Shown here piece by piece: positions 29,589 through 37,216 of a stretch of DNA of 47,693 bases. Each line of letters begins with the position of its first letter. Within the stretch, counting starts at the first letter, position 1. The notes beneath the pieces are model-generated. The model did not search any database, was not told the origin of the DNA, and worked only from the letters and a program-made list of their open reading frames with translations. Source of the stretch: an uncultured Burkholderiales bacterium (lineage in GTDB: Bacteria > Pseudomonadota > Gammaproteobacteria > Burkholderiales > Burkholderiaceae_E); NCBI GenBank assembly GCA_937903095.1, contig CALCZN010000092.1, positions 1 to 47,693 of the forward strand, written 5' to 3'. Position numbers and translations under genes: made by a program.

Positions 29589-30536
29589 TCAGCGAGGCCC
29601 TCCGGCGGATTCGGACGACACCGCGCCGATCGCGGCCTGCGCCTCGGCCGCGCCCTCCGAGGTATCGACCTCGGTGCCCGAGAACACGCGCTCCTCGGCC
29701 TCCGAGTTCAGCACGACGATCGAGATGCGCCGGTTCATCGGGCTGCGCGGGTTTTCGGGGTCGTACATCACCGTCGCGCCGAGCCCGATGACGCGCACGA
29801 CCTTCGATTCCTGCATTCCGCCGGCGACCAGCTCGCGGCGCGAAGCGTTCGCCCGGTCGGCCGACAACTCCCAGTTCGAGTAGCCGCGCTCGCCCGACCC
29901 GTAGGGCGCCGAATCGGTATGCCCCGAGATGCTGACGCGGTTCTCGACGCTGTTCAGCACGGTCGCGATCTCGCGCAGCAGCTCGCGCATGTACTCCTTC
30001 ACCGTCGCCCGCCCGTTGTCGAACATCGGCCGGTTCTGGTCGTCGACGATCTGGATGCGCAGCCCGTCGGCCGTGAGATCGAGCTTGATCTGCGAGCGGA
30101 ACTCGGCGAGCTTCATGTTGCGGGTGATCGCCTCCTCGAGCTGCGACTTCAGCTTCGTGAGCCGCTTCGTCTCGGCCGCGCGCAGCTCGGCGCGCAGCGC
30201 CTGCAGGTTCAGCTTGCGCTGGCGCTCGTCGACGTCGCCGCGCGGACGCGCGCCCGTCGTGCGCGTGAGGTCGGTGCCCCCGCCGCGGATCAGCGACGAC
30301 GCGTCGCCCGAGCCGGAGCCGCCCGACAGCGCCACCTTCAACGGCGTGCGGAAGTATTCGGCGATCCCCTGCAGGTCGCCCTGCGTCGTCGAGCCGAGCA
30401 GCCACATCAGCAGGAAGAACGCCATCATCGCCGTGACGAAGTCGGCGTAGGCGATCTTCCACGCGCCGCCGTGGCTTGCGTGCTGTACCTTGCGCACGCG
30501 CTTGACGACGATCGGCTGCAGCTTGCGTTCGGCCAT
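29589..30536 (-). CDS. motB: Flagellar stator protein
   Basis: HGGAWKIAYADFVTAMMAFFL; OmpA-like GHTD...NWELSADRANASR...NRRI. Confidence 0.97.
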   Translation of the reverse strand: MAERKLQPIVVKRVRKVQHASHGGAWKIAYADFVTAMMAFFLLMWLLGSTTQGDLQGIAEYFRTPLKVALSGGSGSGDASSLIRGGGTDLTRTTGARPRGDVDERQRKLNLQALRAELRAAETKRLTKLKSQLEEAITRNMKLAEFRSQIKLDLTADGLRIQIVDDQNRPMFDNGRATVKEYMRELLREIATVLNSVENRVSISGHTDSAPYGSGERGYSNWELSADRANASRRELVAGGMQESKVVRVIGLGATVMYDPENPRSPMNRRISIVVLNSEAEERVFSGTEVDTSEGAAEAQAAIGAVSSESAGGPR

Positions 30537-30568
30537 TCGCGCTCCCGGCTGGCGTCAGCGGCCTTCGA

Positions 30569-31426
30569 TCAGGCCTTCTTCTGCTTCACGTGCGCCTCGA
30601 GCTCGACGAAGCTCGGCCGTTCCGTGGAGAAGAGCACCTTGCGGCCGAACTCCACCGCGATCGTCGGCGCGTAGCCCTGCATGCTCGCCAGCAGCGTCAC
30701 CTTCACGCACTGCAGCTCCTTCGTCGTCTCGTCGGCCTTCTGCTCGAGCAGCGTGGACAGCGGCGCGACGAAGCCGTACGCGAGCAGGATCCCGAGGAAG
30801 GTTCCGACCAGCGCGTGCGCGATCATCTGCCCCAGCTCGGCTGGCGGCTTGCCCACCGAGCCCATCGTGTGCACCACGCCCATCACCGCGGCCACGATGC
30901 CGAAGGCCGGCAACCCGTCGGCGACCTTCTGGATCGCGTGCGACGGCACCATCGCCTCGTGATGATGCGTCTCGATCTCGTTGTCCATCAGGTTCTCGAG
31001 TTCGAAGCTGTTGAGGTTGCCCGAGACCATCATCCGCAGATAGTCGGTAACGAACTCGACGACCTCGTGCTCGGCGGCGATCGCCGGATAGCGCTGGAAG
31101 ATCGCGCTGTCCTGCGGCGCGTCGACGTCGGCCTCGATCGCCATCAGCCCTTCCTTTCGCGCCTTCTGCAGCAGGTCGTAGAGCAGCGCCATCAGCTCCA
31201 TGTCGCGCGCCTTCGTGTACTTGGAGCCCTTCAGCAGCCCGGGCAGGCTGCGGAAGACGGCCTTCAGGACCTTGATGTTGTTCGAGACGACGAAGGAGCC
31301 GAGCGCGGCCCCGCCGATGATCAGCAGCTCGAGCGGCTGGAACAGCGCCCCCATGTGGCCGCCGGCGAGCGCATAGCCTCCGAGGACCGAGCCGACGACG
31401 ACGAGATAACCGACGAGAACGAGCAT
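30569..31426 (-). CDS. motA: Flagellar stator protein
   Basis: ARKEGLMAIE, PAFGIVAAVMGVV, ALVGTFLGILLAYGFVAP, AVEFGRK. Confidence 0.97.
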   Translation of the reverse strand: MLVLVGYLVVVGSVLGGYALAGGHMGALFQPLELLIIGGAALGSFVVSNNIKVLKAVFRSLPGLLKGSKYTKARDMELMALLYDLLQKARKEGLMAIEADVDAPQDSAIFQRYPAIAAEHEVVEFVTDYLRMMVSGNLNSFELENLMDNEIETHHHEAMVPSHAIQKVADGLPAFGIVAAVMGVVHTMGSVGKPPAELGQMIAHALVGTFLGILLAYGFVAPLSTLLEQKADETTKELQCVKVTLLASMQGYAPTIAVEFGRKVLFSTERPSFVELEAHVKQKKA

Positions 31427-31485
31427 GCGCGGCTGGAACCGGGAGGCAGGGGCGTCGGCACGGGCCGACGGGGGCTACCTTTGCG

Positions 31486-31512
31486 TTTTCGGACTTCCGG
31501 CCGGCTTCTTGA
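31486..31512 (-). promoter_or_regulatory. Probable sigma28 promoter of motAB
   Basis: TCAA-N15-TCCGAAAA on the minus strand. Confidence 0.6.
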
Positions 31513-31559
31513 ATCGGGGGGCGGAATCCGCGCGGAATCGAGACGACGCCGGCGTTCCG

Positions 31560-31587
31560 CCATCGCCAGGTCGAGCACGAAGGTCAT
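31560..31587 (-). pseudogene. N-terminal stump of a VapC/PIN toxin
   Basis: ATGA overlap with the antitoxin stop; MTFVLD matches the first PIN strand with its catalytic Asp, then the sequence runs into motA upstream DNA. Confidence 0.55.
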
Positions 31588-31826
31588 GGACGGCCTTCGT
31601 TCACCAGCTCCTTGGTCGAAATTCCGCCGAGGCTGACGCCTCTTCTCGTCTGCAGGATGCCGTCGACCGCGCGCTGCGCACGAATGCGGTCGAATCCGGA
31701 CTCGGCCGGCACCAGCCGCGCTACGGCCCGCCCTCTGCGCGTGATGAGGATTTCTTCCCCCCGTTCGACGCAATCGAGCAGCATTCCGAGCTTGCTCTTC
31801 GCCTCGAAAGCACCGACTTCCCGCAT
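31584..31826 (-). CDS. Phd/YefM-family antitoxin
   Basis: MREVGAFEAKSKLGMLLDCVERGEEILITRRGRAVARLVP; GGAG RBS. Confidence 0.9.
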   Translation of the reverse strand: MREVGAFEAKSKLGMLLDCVERGEEILITRRGRAVARLVPAESGFDRIRAQRAVDGILQTRRGVSLGGISTKELVNEGRP

Positions 31827-31983
31827 CTGGAACTCCAACCAACCAGCCTGTTGACTAGAACCATACGATGACACGTCGACGGCTGGATGCAAGAAGGGCC
31901 AGCCTCGATTCCTCCAACGAGCGCAATTCGCGGCGTGTCGACGGTCGCGAACGATGCAACGCGAAAGCAATACAATCCTGGTC

Positions 31984-32256
31984 ATGAAGACCGCCGTCAT
32001 TCCTCAAGTGCGCGTGGACCCCGAACTGCGCGCCGAACTCGAAGCCGTGCTGCAACGGGGGGAAACGCTCTCCGGGTTCGTCGAGGCGTCCGTACGCAGC
32101 GCCGTGGAATTCCGACGGGCGCAGATGCGCTTCCAGGAACGCGGCGAAGCGGCCTGGGAGCGCTACCAACGCACGGGGTCGTCGGTGCCCGCCGACGAGG
32201 TTCTCGCGAGACTGCAGGCGAAAGTGGATGCCAGGCGAAAACATCTGAGCAAATGA
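31984..32256 (+). CDS. YlcI/YnfO-like ribbon-helix-helix antitoxin
   Basis: MKTAVIPQVRVDPELRAELEAVL..GETLSGFVEASVR...VPADEVLARL; TACAAT 7 nt upstream. Confidence 0.8.
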   Translation: MKTAVIPQVRVDPELRAELEAVLQRGETLSGFVEASVRSAVEFRRAQMRFQERGEAAWERYQRTGSSVPADEVLARLQAKVDARRKHLSK

Positions 32257-32385
32257 ACTTCCAGGTTCGCTTCAGCATCGAAGCCGAAGTCGACCTCGAT
32301 CGCCTGTTCGAATTCCTGCTGGCGAGAGCCGAGACCGTCGAAGACCTCGATCTGGCGCAGAGCGCGGTCGAAGCGATCCGATCAG
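32253..32385 (+). pseudogene. Truncated RelE/ParE-family toxin (about 44 aa)
   Basis: ATGA overlap; MNFQVRFSIEAEVDLDRLFEFLLARAETVEDLDLAQSAVEAIRS is a ParE-type N-terminus; the frame then reads through the next promoter into unrelated residues (stop at 32525). Confidence 0.75.
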
Positions 32386-32454
32386 ACGCTGCGCGAAGGA
32401 GTAGTAGACTGAGGACGTTCCTACACTACGTACTCCCTTTCCGGAGGAACAAAT

Positions 32455-32817
32455 ATGCGAGCGGTCAACATCCGTCAACTCAAGACGAACCCGAGTACGG
32501 CATTGGCCGCGGCGCGCGAGGGTGAAGTCGTGGTGGTGATGAACCGCGACGATCCGCAGGCGCTGCTGGTCGGCCTGAAACAGCTCGACGTGCCCGACCT
32601 GCCCGCCGTGCGCATGGCGCTGGCGGTTTCGCTCTTTCGCAGCGGCTCGGTCTCCGCGGGCTTTGCGGCCCGCATGGCCGACAAGCCGCTGTCCGAAATG
32701 CTGACGCTGCTGTCCCGTCAAGGGATACCGCTGACGGAACCCGGCAAGGCCGCGGGCGACGAAGCCATCGAGGAAATGCGCTGCGCGCGTGAGTGGCTGC
32801 TCGAAAACGCTACGTGA
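32455..32817 (+). CDS. Phd-like/UPF0175-family antitoxin
   Basis: MRAVNIRQLKTNPS...VVVMNRDDPQALLV (Phd-like) followed by ALAVSLFRSGSVSAGFAARMA...LLSRQGIP (UPF0175 HTH); GGAGG RBS, TACACT -10. Confidence 0.8.
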   Translation: MRAVNIRQLKTNPSTALAAAREGEVVVVMNRDDPQALLVGLKQLDVPDLPAVRMALAVSLFRSGSVSAGFAARMADKPLSEMLTLLSRQGIPLTEPGKAAGDEAIEEMRCAREWLLENAT

Positions 32818-32883
32818 GTCGCCTGCCGCTGGCGTGATGCAGACCCGCTGATCGCGCTGACGCGGATCGATTCACCGAAGTAG
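32814..32883 (+). pseudogene. Frameshifted stump of a DUF3368-type PIN toxin
   Basis: GTGA overlap; MSRLPLA*, then in the +1 frame DADPLIALTRIDSPK*, resembling the family start (DAGPLIALARI). Confidence 0.65.
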
Positions 32884-32939
32884 GCGAAGCGCAGTGAAGC
32901 TTGCGACGCGGGGCACTGGCCGTCGAACGCGCAGCAGTA

Positions 32940-33494
32940 TCAGTGAATCGCCCCGCTGCGCCTGCCCTTCCCCGCGCGCGCCGGCGGCGCGCACAGCCCG
33001 CAGACGTAGTTGCGCTCGATCTCGTGCGGGTGCGTGACGAAATGCCCGCCGCAGCGGCTGCATCTCGTCGTCGCGAGCATCCCGGCGTCGACGAAGCGGA
33101 CGAGCCGCCAGGCGCGCGTGATCGACAGCAGCGGCTCCACGCCGAGCGAGTCGATCTCGGCCGCGTAGAGCCTGTACGCCTTGACGATCGCCTCGATGTC
33201 GTCCAGCGGGCTCGTCTTCAGCAGGTAGCCGTACAGGTTGTAGAAGAGCGACGCGTGGATGTTCGGCTGCCAGGCGACGAACCAGTCGGTGGAGAACGGC
33301 AGCTGCCCTTTCGACGGTGAGTGCCCCGCCACTTCCTTGTACAGGCGCAGCAGCCGCTCGTACGGCAGCTCGGTTTCGGACTGCAGCATCTGCAGCCGCG
33401 CGCCGAGTTCGATCATCTCGATCGCGCGTGCAACCTGGCGATTGTCCTCGAGCAGGCTGCGCCGCACGGCGTTCGTCGCTTCGCCCACGCTCAC
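32940..33494 (-). CDS. flhC: Flagellar master regulator subunit
   Basis: LGARLQMLQSET, KGQLPFSTDWF, LSITRAWRLVRF, Zn ligands CSRC/CGLC, PPARAGK. Confidence 0.97.
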   Translation of the reverse strand: MSVGEATNAVRRSLLEDNRQVARAIEMIELGARLQMLQSETELPYERLLRLYKEVAGHSPSKGQLPFSTDWFVAWQPNIHASLFYNLYGYLLKTSPLDDIEAIVKAYRLYAAEIDSLGVEPLLSITRAWRLVRFVDAGMLATTRCSRCGGHFVTHPHEIERNYVCGLCAPPARAGKGRRSGAIH

Positions 33495-33835
33495 GGCTGC
33501 GCCTCGGCGAAGTTGCCGGCCATCAGGATGCTGGCGTGCAGGCGGCGCGCGCTGCCCTCGTCATGCTCGGTCGTGCGCGCGTGGTCGGCGAGCAGCGACC
33601 AGATCGTCTCGTCGTCGAAGCGGAAGCGGCACATCAGCTGGTTGCCGGCGGCGATGCGCAGCAGCTGGCTGGGCGCGAGCGCATCGAGCAGTTCGGCCAC
33701 TTCCTCGGAGATGCCCAACCGGTACAGCGCCTGCGCACGATCTTCGCGGATCAGGCGCTGCGCGAGGATGAGATACGAGAGATTCGTCTCGCGGATCTCC
33801 GACATCCACCGTTGTTCGCGTTGTTCGTTCTGCAT
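33491..33835 (-). CDS. flhD: Flagellar master regulator subunit
   Basis: EIRETNLSYLILAQRLIREDRAQALYRLG...NQLMCRFRFDD...LHASIL. Confidence 0.96.
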   Translation of the reverse strand: MQNEQREQRWMSEIRETNLSYLILAQRLIREDRAQALYRLGISEEVAELLDALAPSQLLRIAAGNQLMCRFRFDDETIWSLLADHARTTEHDEGSARRLHASILMAGNFAEAQP

Positions 33836-33915
33836 TCCCGTTACCCCTGTCGTTCTTCGGCGTCGCGCCGGCGGCGGCGGCGCGCGGTCTTCGTTCGTTT
33901 TCGACCGTGGCGCCA

Positions 33916-33942
33916 GTGTCGGCCGCGGGCGGGGGTTCTTGA
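33916..33942 (-). promoter_or_regulatory. sigma28-like promoter upstream of flhD
   Basis: TCAA-N15-GCCGACAC, 80 nt upstream of the flhD ATG. Confidence 0.6.
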
Positions 33943-33986
33943 ATCGGAAAAGGGAGGCAGCGAGGGGCGGAAGAACTCGGGGGCGT

Positions 33987-34013
33987 GTAGGAAATCATCC
34001 TACGTCGCGTAGG
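33987..34013. promoter_or_regulatory. Overlapping palindromes upstream of flhD (candidate regulator site)
   Basis: GTAGGA-aatca-TCCTAC and CCTACG-tcg-CGTAGG. Confidence 0.5.
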
Positions 34014-34068
34014 CTTCGCGGCGCCCCGCGTCGCACGGACCGGCTCGGATGCAGTAACGTGGGTTCGA

Positions 34069-34494
34069 TCATGCGCGGATCACTTCGAAGCCCTCCCGGG
34101 CCGCTGCCTCGTTGAGCCGCTCGTCGAGGCAGACGAACGCGAGCGTTGCCGGCTGATGCTCGGCCGCGACCAGCGCCGCAGCGAGTTGCAGACTGTCGGC
34201 GGCACGCAACGGATGCAGGCGCAATGCGCGCTGTGCGTGTCCGCGTACGGCATTCGACGGAAGGACTTCGAGCCAGGCACCTGCGAGAGCCTGCAGGCGT
34301 GCAAGAGCAACGCGGGCGTGGTCCGTCTGGAGCGAGCCGTCCCGTTGCCGACGGGCGATCGCGGATGCGCACTCGACGACGCTTCCCCACCAGACGAGCA
34401 TCGAGGGGTCGTGCTCCAGCACTCCGAGCAATGCCTCGCTCGGCGCTTCCCGAACGAGCAGCGGGACGATCGCCGAAGCGTCCCAGAACTTCAT
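34069..34494 (-). CDS. vapC: VapC-family PIN toxin (intact)
   Basis: MKFWDASAIVP, SVVECASA, LRAADSLQLAAA, FVCLDERL: the acidic PIN residues are retained. Confidence 0.9.
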   Translation of the reverse strand: MKFWDASAIVPLLVREAPSEALLGVLEHDPSMLVWWGSVVECASAIARRQRDGSLQTDHARVALARLQALAGAWLEVLPSNAVRGHAQRALRLHPLRAADSLQLAAALVAAEHQPATLAFVCLDERLNEAAAREGFEVIRA

Positions 34495-34778
34495 CGGCCT
34501 TCGGCGCGCTCGTCGATCAGTGCCTGCAGGACGCTCCTGCTTCCCGCGGGAGCAGGTTCCCGAAGCATCGCGAGCGGCACGCGCCGGCTCCCACGCCGGA
34601 CGATGCCGGCGCGTTCGAGGCGCCCTGCTCGATCATCGTGCGGCGAGTCGGGGGCGACCCGCTCGATTCGCGCCACCGGACGGCTGCGATCGAGCACCAG
34701 GACCGTCTCGCCGGCGCGCACCTTCTGCAGATACTCGCTCAGACGATTCTTCAGGTCGGAAATGCTGGCTTTCTCCAT
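34491..34778 (-). CDS. Phd/YefM-family antitoxin (VapB)
   Basis: MEKASISDLKNRLSEYLQKVRAGETVLVLDRSRPVARI; ATGA overlap with vapC. Confidence 0.9.
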   Translation of the reverse strand: MEKASISDLKNRLSEYLQKVRAGETVLVLDRSRPVARIERVAPDSPHDDRAGRLERAGIVRRGSRRVPLAMLREPAPAGSRSVLQALIDERAEGR

Positions 34779-34780
34779 GC

Positions 34781-34793
34781 GGCTATTATAGCC
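34781..34793 (-). promoter_or_regulatory. vapBC -10 box inside an operator palindrome
   Basis: Minus strand GGCTATAATAGCC; TATAAT lies 6 nt before the ATG. Confidence 0.7.
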
Positions 34794-34846
34794 AGATCGA
34801 GTTGACTTGCATAGCTCCCGAGGATTCGACGTGATCCCCGCCCACC

Positions 34847-35290
34847 TCACGCGGGGGATGCCACGGGCGACGACCGTAGAGCAAGGCCGCTATCGCCCGG
34901 CGCCGCCCCGAGTTCCTTCTTTATCTGCGAAGTCGAAATCTCGGGAGTACGCTCCAGATAGACAACCTCGCACCATTGCCTCAGGAAGTCGAACCGGCCC
35001 GCCCAATCGTCGCCGATCGTGAAAACGTCCACGCCGAACTTGCCGATATCCGATGTCTTCTGGTCCCAGGAACTCTCCGGAATCACCAGGTCGACGTACC
35101 GGACCGCCTCCACGATTCCCTTCCTTTTTTCGTACGAGAAATAGGTCCGCTTGTTCTTCCCGTTGCGGTTGAATTCGTCCGTCGACAAAGCGACGATCAG
35201 GTAATCTCCCAATCCTCTCGCGCGCCGAAGCAGATTTATATGCCCGTAGTGAAGGAGATCGAAGGTGCCGTAAGTGATCACTCGTTTCAT
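34847..35290 (-). CDS. tagD: Glycerol-3-phosphate cytidylyltransferase (CDP-glycerol synthase)
   Basis: MKRVITYGTFDLLHYGH (HxGH), LIVALSTDEFN, RYVDLVIPE, GDDW, RTPEISTS (RTxGISTT-like); closely resembles TagD/TarD. Confidence 0.92.
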   Translation of the reverse strand: MKRVITYGTFDLLHYGHINLLRRARGLGDYLIVALSTDEFNRNGKNKRTYFSYEKRKGIVEAVRYVDLVIPESSWDQKTSDIGKFGVDVFTIGDDWAGRFDFLRQWCEVVYLERTPEISTSQIKKELGAAPGDSGLALRSSPVASPA

Positions 35291-35318
35291 GGTTATTCCG
35301 GCTCCCGTCCAATTATGA

Positions 35319-36962
35319 TCAGGCGGAGTGCAACTCTTCGGTGAAAAGCTCGTTCGCTGCTGCTTTCTGCATCGCCTCTCGGAGCACTCGAAGTGCGGTC
35401 AACAGCTTCGTTTTCATGCCGGAGGGTCGCTCGCGATGACGATCGAGGAGATCCAGGGCACGCCGAAGTTTCTCCGCATTTCCCGCCTGAATCGCCGACA
35501 AGGCGTTGAGGCGGCCGACAAGCTGATACTCCAGGCCGCCGACGTCCATCAGAGCCGGTGACTCCATGAACGAAAGGTAGTCGGGATCGGGTACGCGCCA
35601 GTTGCCGAAATTCTCGGTGAGAGTGCGATCGACGTCGTCGGGGACATGAATCCTTATGCCTCGGAAATCGACCTCCTCGAGTCCAAAAGGCGTATAAGCG
35701 AAGCGCTGTAGATAGCCGAACCGGTTCTTTACCCCTGTTATCAACCGATCTCCTTCCCGATAGTAGATGAAGATATCGATCGACACTCTTGTCGCCCGAT
35801 GCAGCACTGGAAAGACGTATGTTGCCGTTCCGCCCAGCGAATACGTATCGACCGTGAACTCGCCGCTTTCCAGCAATAGACGGGCGAGATCGAACTGGCT
35901 GGACCAGTCGAATATTCCGACGTCGACGTCCTTGTCGTGTGAAAGCAGCCTTCCTTCCCGCGCATAACCCAGTAGCGTTCCCGACATCAGGAAGATCGAC
36001 TGCCCGAGAGGCGCCACCACTTTTTGCAGGACGCGCAAAGCTTCCAACGCCAGATCCGGATCGAATCCCTTATGGATCGGCGTCGTTGCGGTCGCACCGG
36101 AATCAACCTCGTCCTCGCCTGTTGGCGAATTTCGCTCTGTTACCTCGGCCTCTGACAACAGACGATCCAGAATCGCGATGCTTCGGGGAAGGTCCCCCTT
36201 GTGGCAGTACGCTTCGGCATGCAGGAGCATGCCGCCAAGACGATGCTTCGCTTCCGTCGCTCGCTGCACGGCTTCGATTGCGCGCGAAGGGTCGCCCGCC
36301 TTGAGGAAGTACCTCGCTGAGTGAACCGCCAGGTCGCTTCTGACGGGGTTCATCGCCGTGTCTCGTGGCAGCCGCTTCCGGATGAGTTCGCTGCATTGCG
36401 CAAGTGGAAGGGTCAACGGGCTCGCTTCGATCAGCGGGGAACGCTGGAAAAGCACACGAGCAACCAGCAACAATTCCCGCTCAGGCGCCCGTTTGGTGAA
36501 CCTGTGAGCTACCAGACGCTCGGCCAGGTCGTAGCCTCGTCGGTCGATCGCCAACTCGAATGCGGCGATCCAGGCGCCGGCGTCGCCCTTGCAGTAATCC
36601 AGGGAGTCCGGGACCGAACCCGACAGCGGAAGCAATCGGCGGACGACCCAGCGTACCGGGAGGTCAAAGGCAATCTGAACCAGCTCCGGAGTTTCCTCCT
36701 CTCGGGCGAGCGAGCGATATACCTCGCACCAGATAGCGCGATTCCGGGCCTCGTCGGCGGGCAGGTTCTCCGCTCCGAGAGTGGCAAGAAAGATGACGGG
36801 ACGCACCAGATCCAGCGCGCGGGCAGCGCTCAGGAACTCCTCGCCGAGAAGGCCTCGGTCGAGCAACCGGTAGACCATACGTTCCAGTTCGTCGTGACTT
36901 CCTTCCTCCAGCAGGCGGTCGATGAGCACGAGCGACTCTCGCTGGCCCTCGTTGACGAGCAT
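35319..36962 (-). CDS. TPR/helical N-terminus plus LicD/fukutin-like nucleotidyltransferase-fold phosphotransferase
   Basis: FLMSGTLLGYAREGRLLSHDKDVDVGIF (GTLLG...DxD), IDIFIY, L..NFGNWRVPD; TPR-like ARYFLKAGDPSRAIEA / AEAYCHKGDLPRSIAILDRL; GGGAGGG RBS before ATG 36962. Confidence 0.8.
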   Translation of the reverse strand: MLVNEGQRESLVLIDRLLEEGSHDELERMVYRLLDRGLLGEEFLSAARALDLVRPVIFLATLGAENLPADEARNRAIWCEVYRSLAREEETPELVQIAFDLPVRWVVRRLLPLSGSVPDSLDYCKGDAGAWIAAFELAIDRRGYDLAERLVAHRFTKRAPERELLLVARVLFQRSPLIEASPLTLPLAQCSELIRKRLPRDTAMNPVRSDLAVHSARYFLKAGDPSRAIEAVQRATEAKHRLGGMLLHAEAYCHKGDLPRSIAILDRLLSEAEVTERNSPTGEDEVDSGATATTPIHKGFDPDLALEALRVLQKVVAPLGQSIFLMSGTLLGYAREGRLLSHDKDVDVGIFDWSSQFDLARLLLESGEFTVDTYSLGGTATYVFPVLHRATRVSIDIFIYYREGDRLITGVKNRFGYLQRFAYTPFGLEEVDFRGIRIHVPDDVDRTLTENFGNWRVPDPDYLSFMESPALMDVGGLEYQLVGRLNALSAIQAGNAEKLRRALDLLDRHRERPSGMKTKLLTALRVLREAMQKAAANELFTEELHSA

Positions 36963-37103
36963 AACCAGACCCTCCCGAACGGTTGATGGCTGCGTACGAG
37001 CAATCTTCCCGGTCTCCGGATTCGAGGATCGGCCGAACAGGGGCAGTATCGAACCGCTACTCTCCCGGATTCGTCGCACCTGCGCCTTCCGGGAGACGCC
37101 CGC

Positions 37104-37130
37104 TCAAGCCCCGGACAAGCCGGCCGATAA
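37104..37130 (+). promoter_or_regulatory. sigma28 promoter of fliC
   Basis: TCAA-N15-GCCGATAA. Confidence 0.9.
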
Positions 37131-37216
37131 CGTTGGGACCGGAGCGAACCCGGATCCCGGCGAGGCCACCACCCCGCCGAACACAAAACTTCACGACCCA
37201 GGCAGGAGTTCGGCAA

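Noticed and set aside
31430-31500. ACGCAAAG in the motA leader as a c-di-GMP-I riboswitch
   Set aside because: Lacks the GCAAAC/GAAA-tetraloop stem and the second helix.
31887-32525. 212-aa ORF as a full-length toxin
   Set aside because: Chimeric reading; only residues from ATG 32253 to about 32385 look like ParE.
31560-32940. TA array as an integron cassette array or IS element
   Set aside because: Mixed orientations; no attC-like repeats, integrase, transposase or terminal inverted repeats found.
34847-35290. tagD as evidence of wall teichoic acid synthesis
   Set aside because: The context is Gram-negative (FlgH/FlgI rings) and no tagA/B/F/G/H genes are in the window.
36983-37216. 78-aa N-terminal extension of flagellin in the ORF track
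   Set aside because: The sigma28 promoter and AGGAG RBS place the true start at 37217.
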